Position numbers and translations under genes: made by a program. This document shows positions 61,901-64,000 of a stretch of DNA of 64,000 nucleotides, piece after piece (within the stretch, counting starts at the first letter, position 1; each line of letters begins with the position of its first letter). The DNA is from Raillietiella orientalis (taxonomy: Eukaryota). Location: contig JAYWIR010000003.1 in NCBI GenBank assembly GCA_036172245.1, positions 3,906,001-3,970,000 on the forward strand. The letters run 5' to 3'. Under the pieces are notes generated by a model. The model did not search any database. It was not told the DNA's origin and saw nothing but the letters and a program-made list of their open reading frames with translations.

Positions 61901-64000
61901 GGAAGAGTGCAGTGGGCCTGCTGCAGAGGTCACCGCCCTTCACTCCTTACTCTCGCCCCTCAGTCACCGCCGCTGCTCCTTCTGAGGCTGGAAGGAGCTG
62001 GGGAAGGAGACCGATAAGCGAGCCGCCCATGCGACGCCTTGGGCGGCGGAAGCAGACAGGCGCCGCCCGCTCCGAGATGAGGCGCTCTGCAGCTGCCAAC
62101 GCTGCTGCTCCTGACTCCTCTGCTTCCGCTACCGATGCTGCTCCGGATGCGGAACCACCTGGAGATGGGGTGCTACCGGGGGGCTCTCTACGCGCTTCGC
62201 CGCCTGCAGGAAGGACCGTCACTGAGGAGCGCGCCGCGCCGGACCAGAGGGGCGACACGGGAAGGAGGACTAGGCAGAGTGCGGGCAGCTCCGGGCGGAA
62301 CGCTACGCAGAGACTGGCATTCGCTTTCGCCGGGTCGCCAGCCGGGTGTTCAGGTAGGGAGTTTAAGGGACGAAGGAAAGGAAAAGATATCTCTGCGCCG
62401 GAGTGCGGTGCCCGGAAGACTTCTCCGAAAGAGCGTTCGAGGGGGAAGGAGCGGAACGCACGGCACCGGAAGCGAAAGCAACTGCCGGCAGAGAGCCGGA
62501 AGGAGGCGCTGCGGAGACGGCCGAGTTCCGCGAGGCCTCGACTGGGAATTCGGGGGTGCCCTCCGTGTACGCGAAGATACGTCTCCTTGCTTGTTGCTGG
62601 CGCCTTAGATCGGTCCGACCTTCCTGGAGGATGGCAGGAGGAGACGGACCTTCGCCTTTCCCATCTTGCCCTTCCCACTGCTCCCGGCGCAAAGTATTTC
62701 CGAGAGTGGTCCTTAGGCGCCAGGAGACACAGACTCCCTGACTCCTTCTTCAGGAAGAAGAGGATGGAGCGTTCCCTATTCAGGCTGCAGTCCCCGAAGA
62801 ATCACCACTAATAGTTCTTCGGAGGTGGAGGAGGAAGGAAGGAGGAGAAAGGAGAAGAGGAGACTTTCCCCAGATTTCTTCAGAGCTACTTGCTCCCAGG
62901 GTCTAGTACCTGGTGGCTAAGCCCGCGGAAAGGGTCCTTCGGGAAGCGTTCCCACTGCCTTCTAGTCTCGCCTGTATGCGTTCACATTACAGGAGGAAGG
63001 AGGGAGACGCGGCCGCTCCCAAAGGCGCAAGAAAAAATGTTCCCATCAGTGTCAGCCATCTTCCTTAGAGGTTCTTCCTTGAAACACACGCAGGGGCGGA
63101 CCAACAAGGAAGATGCCTGCCACCTGCTCGGCAGAGCGTCTCTGCTGTATCCGAAGCTGCTGCTGTAGCCAAGGGATGGCGGCCGCGCGTCCGAATCGCG
63201 TGGGCTTTTCCCGCCCTCTTCAAACTGGTGTACCTCAGGATGGGATCCGGAAAGGAGATGGAAGGAGGAAGAGATCTTCTTTGCATCTGCTTTGCATGCT
63301 GTGGGTCAAGGTCGAAATACAAGGGTGGGCTTCCGAACGGATCCCCATCCTCGTCGGATCCGAAGCTTCATTCGGGGCAGCCCGCCCTTGGCGCGGGGGC
63401 GGCAACCCTTGAAGGGCAGGAAGAGTTGAGCATTTGGCCCACCCTCTAGTGATTGGTCTTGTCTGGTAGGAAGGGGATGCCCCCACGCCGGCTTCCACGT
63501 GGATCCGTCCGAGACCTCCGCCGGCCTCTTCGAGGAGAAAACAAAGATGAAGTCATCCACGCCGACCCAGCATCCCCGTCACCTTATCTGAAGAAAAAAT
63601 CGCTCCTCGGAGATGAGGTGTTTCCCCACTGCTGAAAGACTACCGGCGGCTGATCAGATACGAAATTCTGGTCCAAACGGAGTGATGAAACTCGTCTCCG
63701 TCGCCAGGTGTGGTGTCCCGCCAGAAGAAAGCACCATCCATCGCAGGGGGAGCCCCTTGGGGTCCTCCTGGCGTTGCGACACACCCGGGAGAAAAACGCA
63801 GGGGTCTCGCTGCGTCCGAAGGCCCCGAGCGCCGAGATTCTCGGAGACATGAAGTCCACCCAATCCGTCCATCACCTCCACGGAGAGAAGAAGCGACTCT
63901 ACTCGTCCATCCTTGCAGCTGCTCCTTCGAAAGAATCCAGGGCGCCACACCGCCGAGGTTCGGAAGAGGAGAGACTACTCGCTGCTTCCGCGAACCGATG

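Overview
Eukaryotic, probably metazoan, genomic DNA dominated by transposon remnants. One host gene is well supported: a compact 4-exon membrane-anchored acyl-CoA-binding protein (ACBD4/5 or MAA-1 type, 193 aa, + strand, 28498-29419, GT-AG introns of 242, 50 and 48 nt) in an AT-richer island. The rest is degraded elements read by eye from motif remnants: many L1/Tx1-like LINE pieces, an R2/R4/NeSL-like RT fragment, BEL/Pao and Ty3/Gypsy pieces, mariner-like pieces, a pogo/Tigger-type MITE and a ~900-bp AT-rich foldback. The two GC-rich blocks (1-3.7 kb, 33.5-64 kb) are nests of related L1/Tx1-like elements. The most interesting signal has three parts. Five LINE 3' ends carry a hairpin before AATAAA, with compensatory base changes between copies. 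They have no poly(A) tail. At least two of them run into sequence from a dispersed module of ~40-bp CCC-GAA-GGG hairpin monomers, which suggests either target-specific insertion or a head-to-tail LINE with a monomer leader. Most long ORFs in the track are GC or low-complexity artefacts. No rRNA, tRNA, CRISPR or prokaryotic operon is supported. All family assignments come from motif recognition, not database searches.
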